From positions 34,104 to 98,103 of the forward strand of contig JBFJCP010000017.1 in NCBI GenBank assembly GCA_041615815.1: a stretch of 64,000 bases of DNA. Reading direction: 5' to 3'. Positions 11,131 through 20,610 of this stretch are shown piece after piece. Position numbers and translations under genes: made by a program. Source of the stretch: Gemmatimonadales bacterium (GTDB taxonomy: Bacteria > Gemmatimonadota > Gemmatimonadetes > Gemmatimonadales > GWC2-71-9). The stretch's first letter is position 1, and each line of letters starts with the position of its first letter. Below the pieces are notes generated by a model. It saw nothing but the letters and a program-made list of their open reading frames with translations, was not told the DNA's origin and made no database searches.

Positions 11131-12711
11131 ATGCGGGTCGGCAGGGAGTCGGATGTGACGGCCGTCGAGCCGCCCACAGCGGTCGGGCGATGGCCCGAGG
11201 CGTTGGCCCGCTGGGTGGGGCCGGCCGTGGTCGTCGCCGGGATCGTGACCGTCGCCGTCGAGCTACCCATGCCGGGTGTCTTACTCACGACGACGGCGCT
11301 GCTGGCCCTCGGCCTCTTCGTGGCACCTCGCTGGGCGATGGCCGTGCTGGCGGTATTCCTCGTGTTGCAGACTCCCCTGGTCAATATCGTAGGCGGTCGC
11401 GAGGTCCCGCTGGGGCGGGCACTGCAGCGGGTGGACGAAGCCATCGCCGCAGCGGCAGCGATCCGGATCACGGTGCTGTTCACCTGGGCCCGCGTGGGTC
11501 GGCGGCTGGTTCCGTGGACCCTCTACGCCGGGGCGTTTTTGAGTGCCGGTGCGCTCTCCGCTCTCGTGGGTGGGGTCCCGATCACCACGTGGATGCTGGG
11601 AGCGTTCTTGGCGCTCAAGTTTCCCCTCTTCCTCCTGTTGGCGTTGAGCATCGACTGGACGCCGGACGACGCCAGGAGAATCGTTCGGGTCGCCCTGCTC
11701 GCCGGCCCCACGCTGCTGGGCATTGCCTTTCTCGTGTGGCTCATGCCCGGGTGGGTGCAAGCGATCTTCTCGGACGCCGTGGGGTCGGCAGGGGTCTATA
11801 TCCGCTCGGGGTTTCGTGTGCTCCATGCGCCGTTCGTGCACCCCGGCCTCTTTGGATGGGCGATGGCCGTGACCGGATGTTATGCGGCCGCGGCGCTGCT
11901 CGTGGGGCGCCAGACCAAACTCGCGACGGTGGCCTTGCTTTGCAGCGTCGTGGGAGTCTTGGGATCCCTGAGGCGCAAGCCGCTCATCGGTCTTCCCGTG
12001 GCTGTCCTGACTGCGGTGACCCGCGCCGGCACGGCCAAACGGCGGTGGGTGGTGTTGAGTGGTTTGGGTCTCCTCGCGCTCGTGACGGTGGTTGTAGCCC
12101 GACCACAGATCGAGGCCGTGGTGAGCGATACCCTGCAGTCCTATCTGGACCCGTACGCGCCGACGACGGCGCGCGTGCTCCTCTACGCGACGGGGTGGGA
12201 CCTCGGTCTCACGCATTTTCCTTTGGGAGCTGGGTTTGGCCGATTTGGTGGATACGTCTCGGAACTCCACTACAGCCCCGTCTACGACGAGTACGGCCTC
12301 AGCGGGATCTATGGTCTGAGTCGCGCCGCGCCCTACTACCTCCAGGACACCTATTGGCCTCACGTGCTCGGGGAGGCAGGCGTGCTAGGGCTCCTAGTGC
12401 TGGCGGCCTTCTACCTCCACCTCTGGTTGCGTGTTGGGCGTGTCGGGCTGCGAGGCGGAGACGCGAGCATCAGGATTCTGGCCATCGGAGCGGCGGCCGC
12501 GTTGGTCGAGGCGGGAGTCGAGAGCATTGCGGGACCGATCCTCGAGGTCTCGCTTCCTGTCTACGTCGTGGCGGTCCCGCTGGGAATCGCGCTGGGGATC
12601 GCGTTCAGCCTCGAGTCGACGTCGTCGAGCGAGCGGGACGAAGCTGGTACAGCACCACGTCCCACAGCGCCCACATCAGGGCCAGCACTGCCGCCATCAC
12701 CATCGCGGTGA
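11131..12711 (+). CDS. Wzy polymerase / O-antigen ligase-like polytopic membrane protein
   Basis: About 10-12 TM segments, a periplasmic loop with FPLGAGFGRFG and EAGVLGL, and a position at the end of the glycan operon. Confidence 0.7.
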   Translation: MRVGRESDVTAVEPPTAVGRWPEALARWVGPAVVVAGIVTVAVELPMPGVLLTTTALLALGLFVAPRWAMAVLAVFLVLQTPLVNIVGGREVPLGRALQRVDEAIAAAAAIRITVLFTWARVGRRLVPWTLYAGAFLSAGALSALVGGVPITTWMLGAFLALKFPLFLLLALSIDWTPDDARRIVRVALLAGPTLLGIAFLVWLMPGWVQAIFSDAVGSAGVYIRSGFRVLHAPFVHPGLFGWAMAVTGCYAAAALLVGRQTKLATVALLCSVVGVLGSLRRKPLIGLPVAVLTAVTRAGTAKRRWVVLSGLGLLALVTVVVARPQIEAVVSDTLQSYLDPYAPTTARVLLYATGWDLGLTHFPLGAGFGRFGGYVSELHYSPVYDEYGLSGIYGLSRAAPYYLQDTYWPHVLGEAGVLGLLVLAAFYLHLWLRVGRVGLRGGDASIRILAIGAAAALVEAGVESIAGPILEVSLPVYVVAVPLGIALGIAFSLESTSSSERDEAGTAPRPTAPTSGPALPPSPSR

Positions 12712-13687
12712 GCACGATCGCGCGCCGATGCGGGGCCGCCTTCCGGGACGGTTCGTTCGGCGTGTCGATGATCGACAGCGCCGGTGTGTCCCGCACCTCT
12801 TGGATGCGGGCGTGCTCCAGTTGCTGGCCGATTTGCGCGTAGACCCCTTGGACGCGCTCTACTTCCCGCCGCAGCCGGATTTCTTCGAACTGGAGCTCCG
12901 GCGAGGTGATCTGCCGGTTGCTTTCGTAGAATTTGCGCAGGGTGTCTTCGTGGGCGGTCAATGAGTCCCGCAGCGCGCGCCACCGCTCCTCGAGGAACGT
13001 CCGTTCCGCGGATGCGCGCTTTGCTCGGATGGCGATGACCGTCTCGTCGAGCGCGTGCAGCACCGTGTCCGCCATGAGCCTGACGGCCCGCGGGTTGGGT
13101 CCTTGCAGCTCGAAGTAGACGATTCCCGTTCTGGGATCGGCGCTCGCGGCGAACCGCTGGCGGAGCGCTCGGAGGGCCCGGTCCCGCACCTTGGGGTCGA
13201 ACTCGGAGGAACGGCCGAAAAACTCGTAGAGCGGCCGGAGCTCCCCTTCGTCCCCGACGGGGAACGACGCCATCAGCAGTCGTTCGTGCAGTGAGCGACT
13301 CTGCAAGAGGTCCGCGTAGAACTGAGGGCTATTGGACGGCGGAGTCCCCAGACCAAAGCGAGCGCCCAGGCTCAAGATCGAGGCGTCCAGCTGGGGCGTC
13401 TGTCCTTCGTCGATCGTGAACGACGCGCCGCTGGCGAACCAGCGGGGGAGCAACAGAGCGACGATCGCGGCGAGGATCCCCGCCCCAAACACCAGCAGGA
13501 GCGTACGCCGCCGCGCTCGCCAAAGGGCATCGGGAAGCTGGCGGAGTTGGACGCCGTGGTGGATGACTTCCCGGAACCGCTGCCCCACGCCTGGTTCTCC
13601 CGGCGAGGCTCGCCCACCAGCCCCCCGCGGTGCCGCAATCTCGGTGTCGTCCGCGGGCAGTGTGGGTGGCGGTTGCACGCTACTCAT
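12605..13687 (-). CDS. Wzz/GumC-like polysaccharide chain-length determinant (no kinase domain)
   Basis: TM - coiled-coil periplasmic region - TM layout, with LEHARIQE and the Pro-rich IIDTPNEP...PHR motif before the second TM. Confidence 0.8.
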   Translation of the reverse strand: MSSVQPPPTLPADDTEIAAPRGAGGRASPGEPGVGQRFREVIHHGVQLRQLPDALWRARRRTLLLVFGAGILAAIVALLLPRWFASGASFTIDEGQTPQLDASILSLGARFGLGTPPSNSPQFYADLLQSRSLHERLLMASFPVGDEGELRPLYEFFGRSSEFDPKVRDRALRALRQRFAASADPRTGIVYFELQGPNPRAVRLMADTVLHALDETVIAIRAKRASAERTFLEERWRALRDSLTAHEDTLRKFYESNRQITSPELQFEEIRLRREVERVQGVYAQIGQQLEHARIQEVRDTPALSIIDTPNEPSRKAAPHRRAIVLTAMVMAAVLALMWALWDVVLYQLRPARSTTSTRG

Positions 13688-13705
13688 CGATCGTACGCCT
13701 GGGCA

Positions 13706-14755
13706 TTAGTCCCGGTGCGGGGTCTGCGACGCCAACGGTGCATGATCTCGCAGGGCGTTTGCTGCGCCAATGCGATCGAGCTGGCTTTCCTCGAGACGAC
13801 GCTGGCAGGCCTCGAGCACGCTGAGGACCCGCAGCGCTTCCTGGCCGTCTGTTCGAGGCGTTCTCCGCTGCGCCATACACTCCAAGAAGTGCGCGCACTC
13901 GGCGCGAAGCGGCTCGTACGCCTCGTGTGTCACGGTCTCGCCCTCGGCTTTCCGCGCCACGGGGAGCCGATCCTTCCACTCGATCGAATGCGGATACAAG
14001 ATGAGCTTGTCGTCGGGCCTGGTATCGTCAAATACGGCCATCTTCTGGTCCCCCACGATGACCAGTTTTTGCTCCTTGAAAGGGTGAAGCCACGACACGA
14101 ACACGTGAGCCTTCACTCCGCTGGGGAACGAGAGGAGGCTCACGGTCACGTCCGCGATCCGATTGTGGAGGTAGAAGCCGCCCTGGGCCTCGATACGGTC
14201 CGGCATCTCGTCGAGCAGCCCGAGGATTACCGAAATATCGTGTGGCGCGAACGACCACAGGATGTTTTCCTCGCGTCGGATGCGGCCAAGGTTCAGACGA
14301 TTCGAGTAGATGTACTGGATTCGTCCGAGTTCTCCGACCGAGACCAGCTCTTTGAGCTTGAGCACGGCAGGGTGGTACCAAAGTAGGTGCCCCACCATGA
14401 GGATACGCTCTTGCTCGGCGGCCAGCCGAACGAGCTCGCGTCCTTCGGCGACGGCCAAACACAGCGGTTTTTCTACGAAGACATCTTTCCCCGCCAGGAG
14501 GGCCTCACGGACGAGGCGACCGTGGGTCTCCGCCGGCGTCGCGATGGCCACGCCCGCAATCGCCGGATCGGCGAGAGTGTCGTGCCAGCGGTCACTCACC
14601 GGCAGCGCGGGGTAGCGTTCCTGGAACTCGCGCTGCCGCTCTGGACTGGACTCGCTGATCGCCGCCAGCGCCCCCAGGTCGTGGAAATTCCGCGCCAGGT
14701 TCTTCCCCCAGTGTCCCGCGCCGACACAAGCGATACGCACAGCAGGGTTTGTCAC
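13706..14755 (-). CDS. Gfo/Idh/MocA oxidoreductase (second WbpB-like paralogue)
   Basis: IACVGAGHWGKNLARNF, GKDVFVEKPL, MVGHLL and WSFAPHD. GTG start at 14755. Confidence 0.88.
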   Translation of the reverse strand: MTNPAVRIACVGAGHWGKNLARNFHDLGALAAISESSPERQREFQERYPALPVSDRWHDTLADPAIAGVAIATPAETHGRLVREALLAGKDVFVEKPLCLAVAEGRELVRLAAEQERILMVGHLLWYHPAVLKLKELVSVGELGRIQYIYSNRLNLGRIRREENILWSFAPHDISVILGLLDEMPDRIEAQGGFYLHNRIADVTVSLLSFPSGVKAHVFVSWLHPFKEQKLVIVGDQKMAVFDDTRPDDKLILYPHSIEWKDRLPVARKAEGETVTHEAYEPLRAECAHFLECMAQRRTPRTDGQEALRVLSVLEACQRRLEESQLDRIGAANALRDHAPLASQTPHRD

Positions 14756-14813
14756 GAACGACCGCCTCGAGAATCGGTTGTGAGTCTCAGTCCTGTCACC
14801 ACCCGGCCGCCAC

Positions 14814-17312
14814 CTAGCGCGTGGCCACCACGACAATGGTTGCTGCTGCGGCCAGGACCTGGGCGAGGGCTGCGAAGATCGGTGCGACATTCGCTCCCGC
14901 CCGTTCGGGTCGTTCCGGCACGAAGACCGTGCTCCCCGGGCCCGGCTCGGGAGACGCCGTGAAAAAGATAAACTTGCTTCGCGTCCGAGCCGACCCGTTC
15001 GCGTATCGCACGCTCACCAACCCCTTGTCTGCGTCGCGCGCGTACCCTCCGGCGTTGGCGATGTAATAGCCCAGTCCCCGCCCACGCTCCCACAACACGG
15101 TCCCAGGGGAATTCACGGCGCCGATGACGCGGACGACCGGATTGTACTCGGGAATATCCAGGGAATCCCCTGGCTGAAGAATGACGTCTTGCCGCCCGGC
15201 GGATTCCTCGAGCGCCGCCGGCAGGTCGATGTTCACCCGTCCAGCCGCATCGAGCCGGCGCAAGAACCGCGCTCCTTCGGCGTACGCCGTGGGGAGAAGG
15301 CCACCGGCTCGGGATACCAGATCGCTCAATCGCTCGTCTTTGCGCGTCAGGGCGTACGATCCTGGAAAGTTCACTTCGCCGGTGATCGACACGGTACGCT
15401 GGAGCTCGAACGACGGCTGTCGGAGGATGGTCACATTGTCGAAGGGCTCGAGGCCGACCTCGGGGGCACCGGTTGCGGGCGCCGATTGGCCGGGCAGGAA
15501 GCGATACGTCGACACGGTGGGTTCGAAGAGATACGTCGAATCCATCGGGACCCGTTTGGTGATCGCCAGCGTGCCGTCACTGCGGTCGCTCGGCAGTCGT
15601 GCGATTTCCGCCGTGTCCAAGTACGCGCCATCGCGGAGGCCTCGCGCCATCAAGACGAGGTCCTTGAGCGTCATCCCGGCGCGATACGGATAGACGCCGG
15701 GCTTGTTGACCATACCGGAGATGGTGACCGTCCGCGACTGACGGAACTCCTCCCGCCCATAGATGGTCACGATGTCGAAATCTCGTAACTCGGCGTCCTG
15801 GGGAAAACCGGCAGTCGAGTCGGGAGGGAGCGGAACCACCACGAGTAGGCGTGTGGAATCGGTGGGGTTGAGGCGTTCGATGTGTGCGCGGCCGGCGTAG
15901 ATGGCCGGCCGGAATCCCCCTCCCAGACGGATGAGCTCGCTCAGTCGCATCCCGGGATGCCAGCCGAACGTGCCTGGTTGGTACACGGCGCCCCGGAGCT
16001 CCACGATGTCCTGCGCGCCCTCCGTGAGAGCGAAGACCGTGACGGAGTCTCCGGGCTCGATGGGGAACGGGGGTGCCCGTCCGTCACGGATCTGTTCGAT
16101 GGGCACGTCCACGACAGTTCGCGGCGGCGCGCTGGGCACCCGCTGATCCGGCGGGACGATGCGAGAGATCGAAATCCGCTGGAGCGCGGCGTCGGCGCGA
16201 AATCCCCCCGCCGCTTCGATCAACTGGGTGAGCGTCTCACCGGCGCGGAGTTCATAGATTGCAGGTCGCACCACCGCACCCGCCACCTTGGCGCGAACTC
16301 CCATGACGGGAACGAACACCACGTCGCGGGACTCGAGCCTGATGTCTCCCGCCGCCACGCCGTGCAGTAGGTACTGGTAGAGGTCGAACGTCGCGACGGT
16401 ATCCCGACCTCGGATGATCTGAATGTCCCGGAAGTTCCCCCGCTCGGTGGGCCCCTGCGCCTCGAACAGGGCGGTCACCACGCTGCTGACGGATGGAATC
16501 CGATAGGCGCCGGGTCGCACCACCTCTCCGGTGACGTAGACCTGCACCATGCGCACCCGGGCAACGGTCAGGTCGAAGCGGGTGGTGGCGTTGGCACCGC
16601 GCCGTACGCCCGAGTACACCCGGCCGAGCCGGTCGAACAGGACCTGGCGTAACTGTCCGACAGTCAGATTGCTGACGAAGATCTGTCCAACCTGGGGGAT
16701 GACGATGAAGCCTTCCCGAGTTACCTCGAGCTCACGGGCCAACTCGACGTCACCCGTCAGAATGAGGATCAGGATATCTCCCGGTCCCAATCGGTAATCA
16801 TCGTCTACCGGGCCGGTCATATCCGGGAGGAATCGGCTGGTACCCCGGCGAAAGACTTCGGCGCCGAAGAGATCGAGCGCCGCGGTATCGGCGAGCCGAA
16901 GCGAATCGAGCCGGATGAGGGAATCGAGCAGCAGGAGCGAGTCCAGCGCCGTACTATCGAGCGCAGCTCTCCGGATCGAGTCGGCATAAGCCTGCAGTTC
17001 GTCGACGCCGCCGAGCCCCAGCACACTCATCGCGCGAACCACCGAGTCCCCCGGCGCCGCGGCAGCACCGCGGCGTCCGCGCAGATAGGAATCCAGGAGG
17101 GCGGGGGAGAGCCCGGCCTGCTGGAGCCGCGCGCGGATCTGCTCCGGCGTGAGCCCCGACTGGAGAATGCGCTGCCTGATGGCCTCCGCCGCCTGCGGGT
17201 CGCTGAGGAGGCGCTGAATCTCGACGGGGGTGGGCTGCTGGGCGTGGGCCCCGCGGAGACCCACGATTGCGAGGGCGCAGACAAGCAGGAGGCAGTGAAT
17301 TCTCATGGGCAA
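14814..17312 (-). CDS. Polysaccharide export protein with multiple SLBB domains (Wza/KpsD-like)
   Basis: Signal peptide, Poly_export motif DYRLGPGD, repeated VxGxVxxPGxY SLBB units and a C-terminal amphipathic helix. Confidence 0.9.
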   Translation of the reverse strand: MPMRIHCLLLVCALAIVGLRGAHAQQPTPVEIQRLLSDPQAAEAIRQRILQSGLTPEQIRARLQQAGLSPALLDSYLRGRRGAAAAPGDSVVRAMSVLGLGGVDELQAYADSIRRAALDSTALDSLLLLDSLIRLDSLRLADTAALDLFGAEVFRRGTSRFLPDMTGPVDDDYRLGPGDILILILTGDVELARELEVTREGFIVIPQVGQIFVSNLTVGQLRQVLFDRLGRVYSGVRRGANATTRFDLTVARVRMVQVYVTGEVVRPGAYRIPSVSSVVTALFEAQGPTERGNFRDIQIIRGRDTVATFDLYQYLLHGVAAGDIRLESRDVVFVPVMGVRAKVAGAVVRPAIYELRAGETLTQLIEAAGGFRADAALQRISISRIVPPDQRVPSAPPRTVVDVPIEQIRDGRAPPFPIEPGDSVTVFALTEGAQDIVELRGAVYQPGTFGWHPGMRLSELIRLGGGFRPAIYAGRAHIERLNPTDSTRLLVVVPLPPDSTAGFPQDAELRDFDIVTIYGREEFRQSRTVTISGMVNKPGVYPYRAGMTLKDLVLMARGLRDGAYLDTAEIARLPSDRSDGTLAITKRVPMDSTYLFEPTVSTYRFLPGQSAPATGAPEVGLEPFDNVTILRQPSFELQRTVSITGEVNFPGSYALTRKDERLSDLVSRAGGLLPTAYAEGARFLRRLDAAGRVNIDLPAALEESAGRQDVILQPGDSLDIPEYNPVVRVIGAVNSPGTVLWERGRGLGYYIANAGGYARDADKGLVSVRYANGSARTRSKFIFFTASPEPGPGSTVFVPERPERAGANVAPIFAALAQVLAAAATIVVVATR

Positions 17313-17361
17313 GCGTCTAGGGATCGCTCGAGATTAATGGAATCCGCGGAAAAGCGGCTGA

Positions 17362-17390
17362 AAGATGCCGGCTAACTCGCTGTAGGTCAA
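17362..17390 (-). promoter_or_regulatory. Putative sigma70 promoter for the export operon
   Basis: Minus strand reads TTGACC-N17-CATCTT inside an AT-rich intergenic region, about 50 bp upstream of the SLBB gene. Confidence 0.45.
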
Positions 17391-17468
17391 GGGGATAAAC
17401 CATATCACACGAATATAGCACGTTTGCGACGGTCCCAATGTAAAGTACTTTGGAGTGCAAAGTAAAGC

Positions 17469-18800
17469 CTACGGGTGGCCGGCGGTGGGGACGGCGTGCG
17501 GTCCGCCTGTGTGTGACGGGGTTTCTCGGCCGCTCACCAACAGCAGGGCGACGAGGTAGAGCGCCTCGGATACCACATATCCTGCGGGAAGAGCGACGAC
17601 ACCCAATGAGCTCAAGAGCAGCGTGATCGCGGTAAGGCGCACGCCCGCCCTGAGCGCCGACAGGCCGGCGAACAGCCGGTTCTGCGCCCTGGCGAGGAGG
17701 AGCCGCTCAACACACAGGGCGCTCATGTTGAAGAAATAGCCGACGGCGTACCACCGCAGAACCAAGCTGACGACGAGCGCATCGGATGGGGCAAACGCAC
17801 CGTGTTCGAGTACCACCGAGACGATCATCGGCGCGCCCAACGCCAAGAGACCGGCGAGCCCGAGCGCCGCCGCGCTCGCGGTGAGGAGGGGTCGATACAC
17901 GCTCGCCCAGTCGGACCGAAGTTCGGCACGGACGCGGATGTTCGACCACCGGGCCAACAACCACGGGCCCACCCCGCCGTCGAACAGAACAGCCGCCACC
18001 ATGATAAGGCGAGTGGCGTACTCGACATGGGAGATCGCGGCGACGGCCACGGTGCCTGCGAGAAAACGCTCGAGGAACTGCGCCCCCGAAAGCATGCCCT
18101 GTGCGGTCATCTGATGGCGCGCGGCCCGCACGAAGCCGTGGCCGGGATCGCCCTCCGTACCCTCGTCCAGCCCGGCAATGGCCCCCTCCCAGCGCCGGTG
18201 CAGCCACCAGACCCTCGCGCACTCGCCGACGCTCGCGCCAAGGGCGACGGGCCAGAGCTGATGGATCACCGCGCCGGCACCCGCACCCACGAGCGCGCCG
18301 ATGCCGCGGAATCCGTACCCCGCCGCCCCCACTTCCAAGTGCCAGCCGGAGACGAGCGCTCCGGTGTAGAGTCCGGACACGCACCACGCGACGGCGGCGG
18401 GGGCGAGGAGGGCGTAGAACCCCAACACGTGCAGCGGCCGGACGCCTTCCGGCTGACCGATGACGAGACCCACCGCGAGCAATGCCGCGCCGAGCAGGGC
18501 GGATGCGAGTCCGAGCAGCACACCGCGTCGAAACAACGCCTGCATGAACGTCGTGGCCGACCGTCGGCCGAGGACCAGAGCCTGGGCGGCAAACGGGACT
18601 ACCGCCGCCTCCAGCGGTTGGCCCACCGTCCCACCGATGAGCAGCACACCACCGTAGGCCAAGAAGTACGCGTCGGTGAGCGGGCCCGCGCCAAAGAAGG
18701 CCGCGATGATGATCGGGATGAGGAATCCCGGCCCTTTGGCGATTCCGCTGAGTGCCGCCAGGCGAACGATGCGAACGACGCTCCGGGGCTCCCCGCCCAT
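17469..18800 (-). CDS. MurJ/MviN-like (MOP superfamily) lipid-linked oligosaccharide flippase
   Basis: IAAFFGAGPLTDAYFLA, LEHGAFAPSDA and about 12 TM segments. Confidence 0.75.
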   Translation of the reverse strand: MGGEPRSVVRIVRLAALSGIAKGPGFLIPIIIAAFFGAGPLTDAYFLAYGGVLLIGGTVGQPLEAAVVPFAAQALVLGRRSATTFMQALFRRGVLLGLASALLGAALLAVGLVIGQPEGVRPLHVLGFYALLAPAAVAWCVSGLYTGALVSGWHLEVGAAGYGFRGIGALVGAGAGAVIHQLWPVALGASVGECARVWWLHRRWEGAIAGLDEGTEGDPGHGFVRAARHQMTAQGMLSGAQFLERFLAGTVAVAAISHVEYATRLIMVAAVLFDGGVGPWLLARWSNIRVRAELRSDWASVYRPLLTASAAALGLAGLLALGAPMIVSVVLEHGAFAPSDALVVSLVLRWYAVGYFFNMSALCVERLLLARAQNRLFAGLSALRAGVRLTAITLLLSSLGVVALPAGYVVSEALYLVALLLVSGRETPSHTGGPHAVPTAGHP

Positions 18801-18816
18801 CAGCGGCTGGAGCAGC

Positions 18817-19839
18817 TCAACGTCGCTGTCCCCCCGCCCGTGAGCCGAGCACATCGCGGAAGATCTCGAGCATCTGTTCGGCGATGGCTTGGCTCGAGAA
18901 GCCCCGCACGAACGGTGCGGGATCAACCCGTGGGCGCTCGGTCAGCACCCGTCGAATCTCCGTAGCGAGAGCTGGCGCCGTGCGGTCGCAGATGGCGCTG
19001 ACCGCGGACAGCGGAATCCACCGCTGGACGTCACCGACGTCCGTGGTGACCACGGGGAGGCCGGACAGCAGCGCTTCCTTGACCACGTTGGGTGAGCCTT
19101 CCCAGTCCGAGGTCAGCAGACAGCAATCCGCGGCGCGGTAGTAGAGCGGCATGTCTTTGTGTGGGACACGCGTGACGACGCGCAGAGCGGCGTCGGGGAG
19201 GTCGTGCCGCACGAGCTCCATCGCGGCCTCGGCGAGATCGAGCCGTTTGCGCCGTTCGGTTGGGGTGTTGGGGAAGATGACGAGACGCTCGTCCAGAGGC
19301 AGGCCGAGCCGCCGACGGGCGTCGGCCCGATCGCCGGGGTGGAAACGCTTGGGGTCCACCCCGTACGGGATGACGCGCGTGCGGGAACGGAGCGAGGCGC
19401 CCCAGAGCTTGCGACGCATCTCCTCGCTCTGGACGCACACGACCGAGGCTCGATGGGCCGCCCACTGCGACAGCCCGATTCCGGCTCGGCTCTTCAGCGT
19501 GAGCCCGCCACGGCCATCGGGCGTTCCCAGGACGTCGTCTCCCGCCAGCGACAGGACGAGTGGCTTGGGCTGCCAGAGGGCGACCCACCCCGTCAGCCCA
19601 TAGAATGCGTAGACTAGATCGGCGCGAAACTCCGCGACCAACCGCCGCAACGGCGCCACCGCGCGAGCATAGTTGAGGCCCTGACGGCGGCCCCGGATCG
19701 GAAAGACCTCGACAGGGGTATGCAGTTCTCGGAGCGCGTCGACCTGGGCTTTGACAAATGCCCCTTGCATTGGATCGGCGTCGCTCGGATACATGTTGGT
19801 GGCCACGACTACGCGGGGGAGGGAAGGTTGGTCGGTCAT
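18817..19839 (-). CDS. Glycosyltransferase family 4 (TuaC-like)
   Basis: TNMYPS...GAFVKAQV and SDWEGSPNVVKEALLSGLPVVTTDVG. Confidence 0.9.
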   Translation of the reverse strand: MTDQPSLPRVVVATNMYPSDADPMQGAFVKAQVDALRELHTPVEVFPIRGRRQGLNYARAVAPLRRLVAEFRADLVYAFYGLTGWVALWQPKPLVLSLAGDDVLGTPDGRGGLTLKSRAGIGLSQWAAHRASVVCVQSEEMRRKLWGASLRSRTRVIPYGVDPKRFHPGDRADARRRLGLPLDERLVIFPNTPTERRKRLDLAEAAMELVRHDLPDAALRVVTRVPHKDMPLYYRAADCCLLTSDWEGSPNVVKEALLSGLPVVTTDVGDVQRWIPLSAVSAICDRTAPALATEIRRVLTERPRVDPAPFVRGFSSQAIAEQMLEIFRDVLGSRAGGQRR

Positions 19840-19977
19840 GGTCTCGGCATGGTTCCGTCGTGTCCCATTCACAGTTCGCATGGTCTCGCGCTGGTGGCGC
19901 CGTCGTGCCGTGCACCCTCCGACCCTTGGTGCGCGCTCACGGTGGACGGTAGAAGAAGCTAGTCACCCGAGGAGATA

Positions 19978-20610
19978 GTGGCGACCGTCCGCGATGTGCA
20001 CCCGTGGGAGTGCTGGGTCAAGCGCGCACTGGATCTCGGCGGTGCCACGCTCGCACTGGTGTTGTTCGCCCCAGTGATGGCCGTGCTGTGGGTCGCGATC
20101 AAGCTCGATTCCGCCGGCCCAGCGCTCTTCACCCAAAAGCGGCTTGGCCTGGGTGGCAGGCCATTCCCGTGTCTCAAGTTCCGCACCATGCGGGTGGATG
20201 CCGAGGCGGTCTTGAACGCCAACGCGGCGCTGCACCGCGAGTACCGAGATCGGGACTACAAGCTGCCGGTGCGCACGGATCCCCGTGTGACGCGTGTTGG
20301 TCGGTTTCTCCGACGAACGAGCCTCGATGAGCTGCCACAGCTCGTCAACGTGGTCCTAGGACAGATGTCGCTGGTTGGGCCCCGGCCGGTCGTGCCGCCG
20401 GAGATCGAGCATTTTGGTGATGACGCTGCGGAGCTGCTGTCGGTGCGTCCTGGCATCACGGGCGCGTGGGTGGTGAAGGGAAGAAATCGCGTGGAGTATC
20501 CAGAACGCGCCAACCTCGAGCTGACCTACGTGCGCACTTGGTCGCTCGCCGGCGACTTCGTGATCCTGTATCGCACGGTGAAGGCCGTGATCGATGGGGA
20601 GGGCCTCTAG
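19978..20610 (+). CDS. Small sugar transferase (PglC/WcaJ catalytic domain only)
   Basis: [28 protein letters not shown] and [12 protein letters not shown] ribosome-binding site. Confidence 0.92.
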   Translation: MATVRDVHPWECWVKRALDLGGATLALVLFAPVMAVLWVAIKLDSAGPALFTQKRLGLGGRPFPCLKFRTMRVDAEAVLNANAALHREYRDRDYKLPVRTDPRVTRVGRFLRRTSLDELPQLVNVVLGQMSLVGPRPVVPPEIEHFGDDAAELLSVRPGITGAWVVKGRNRVEYPERANLELTYVRTWSLAGDFVILYRTVKAVIDGEGL

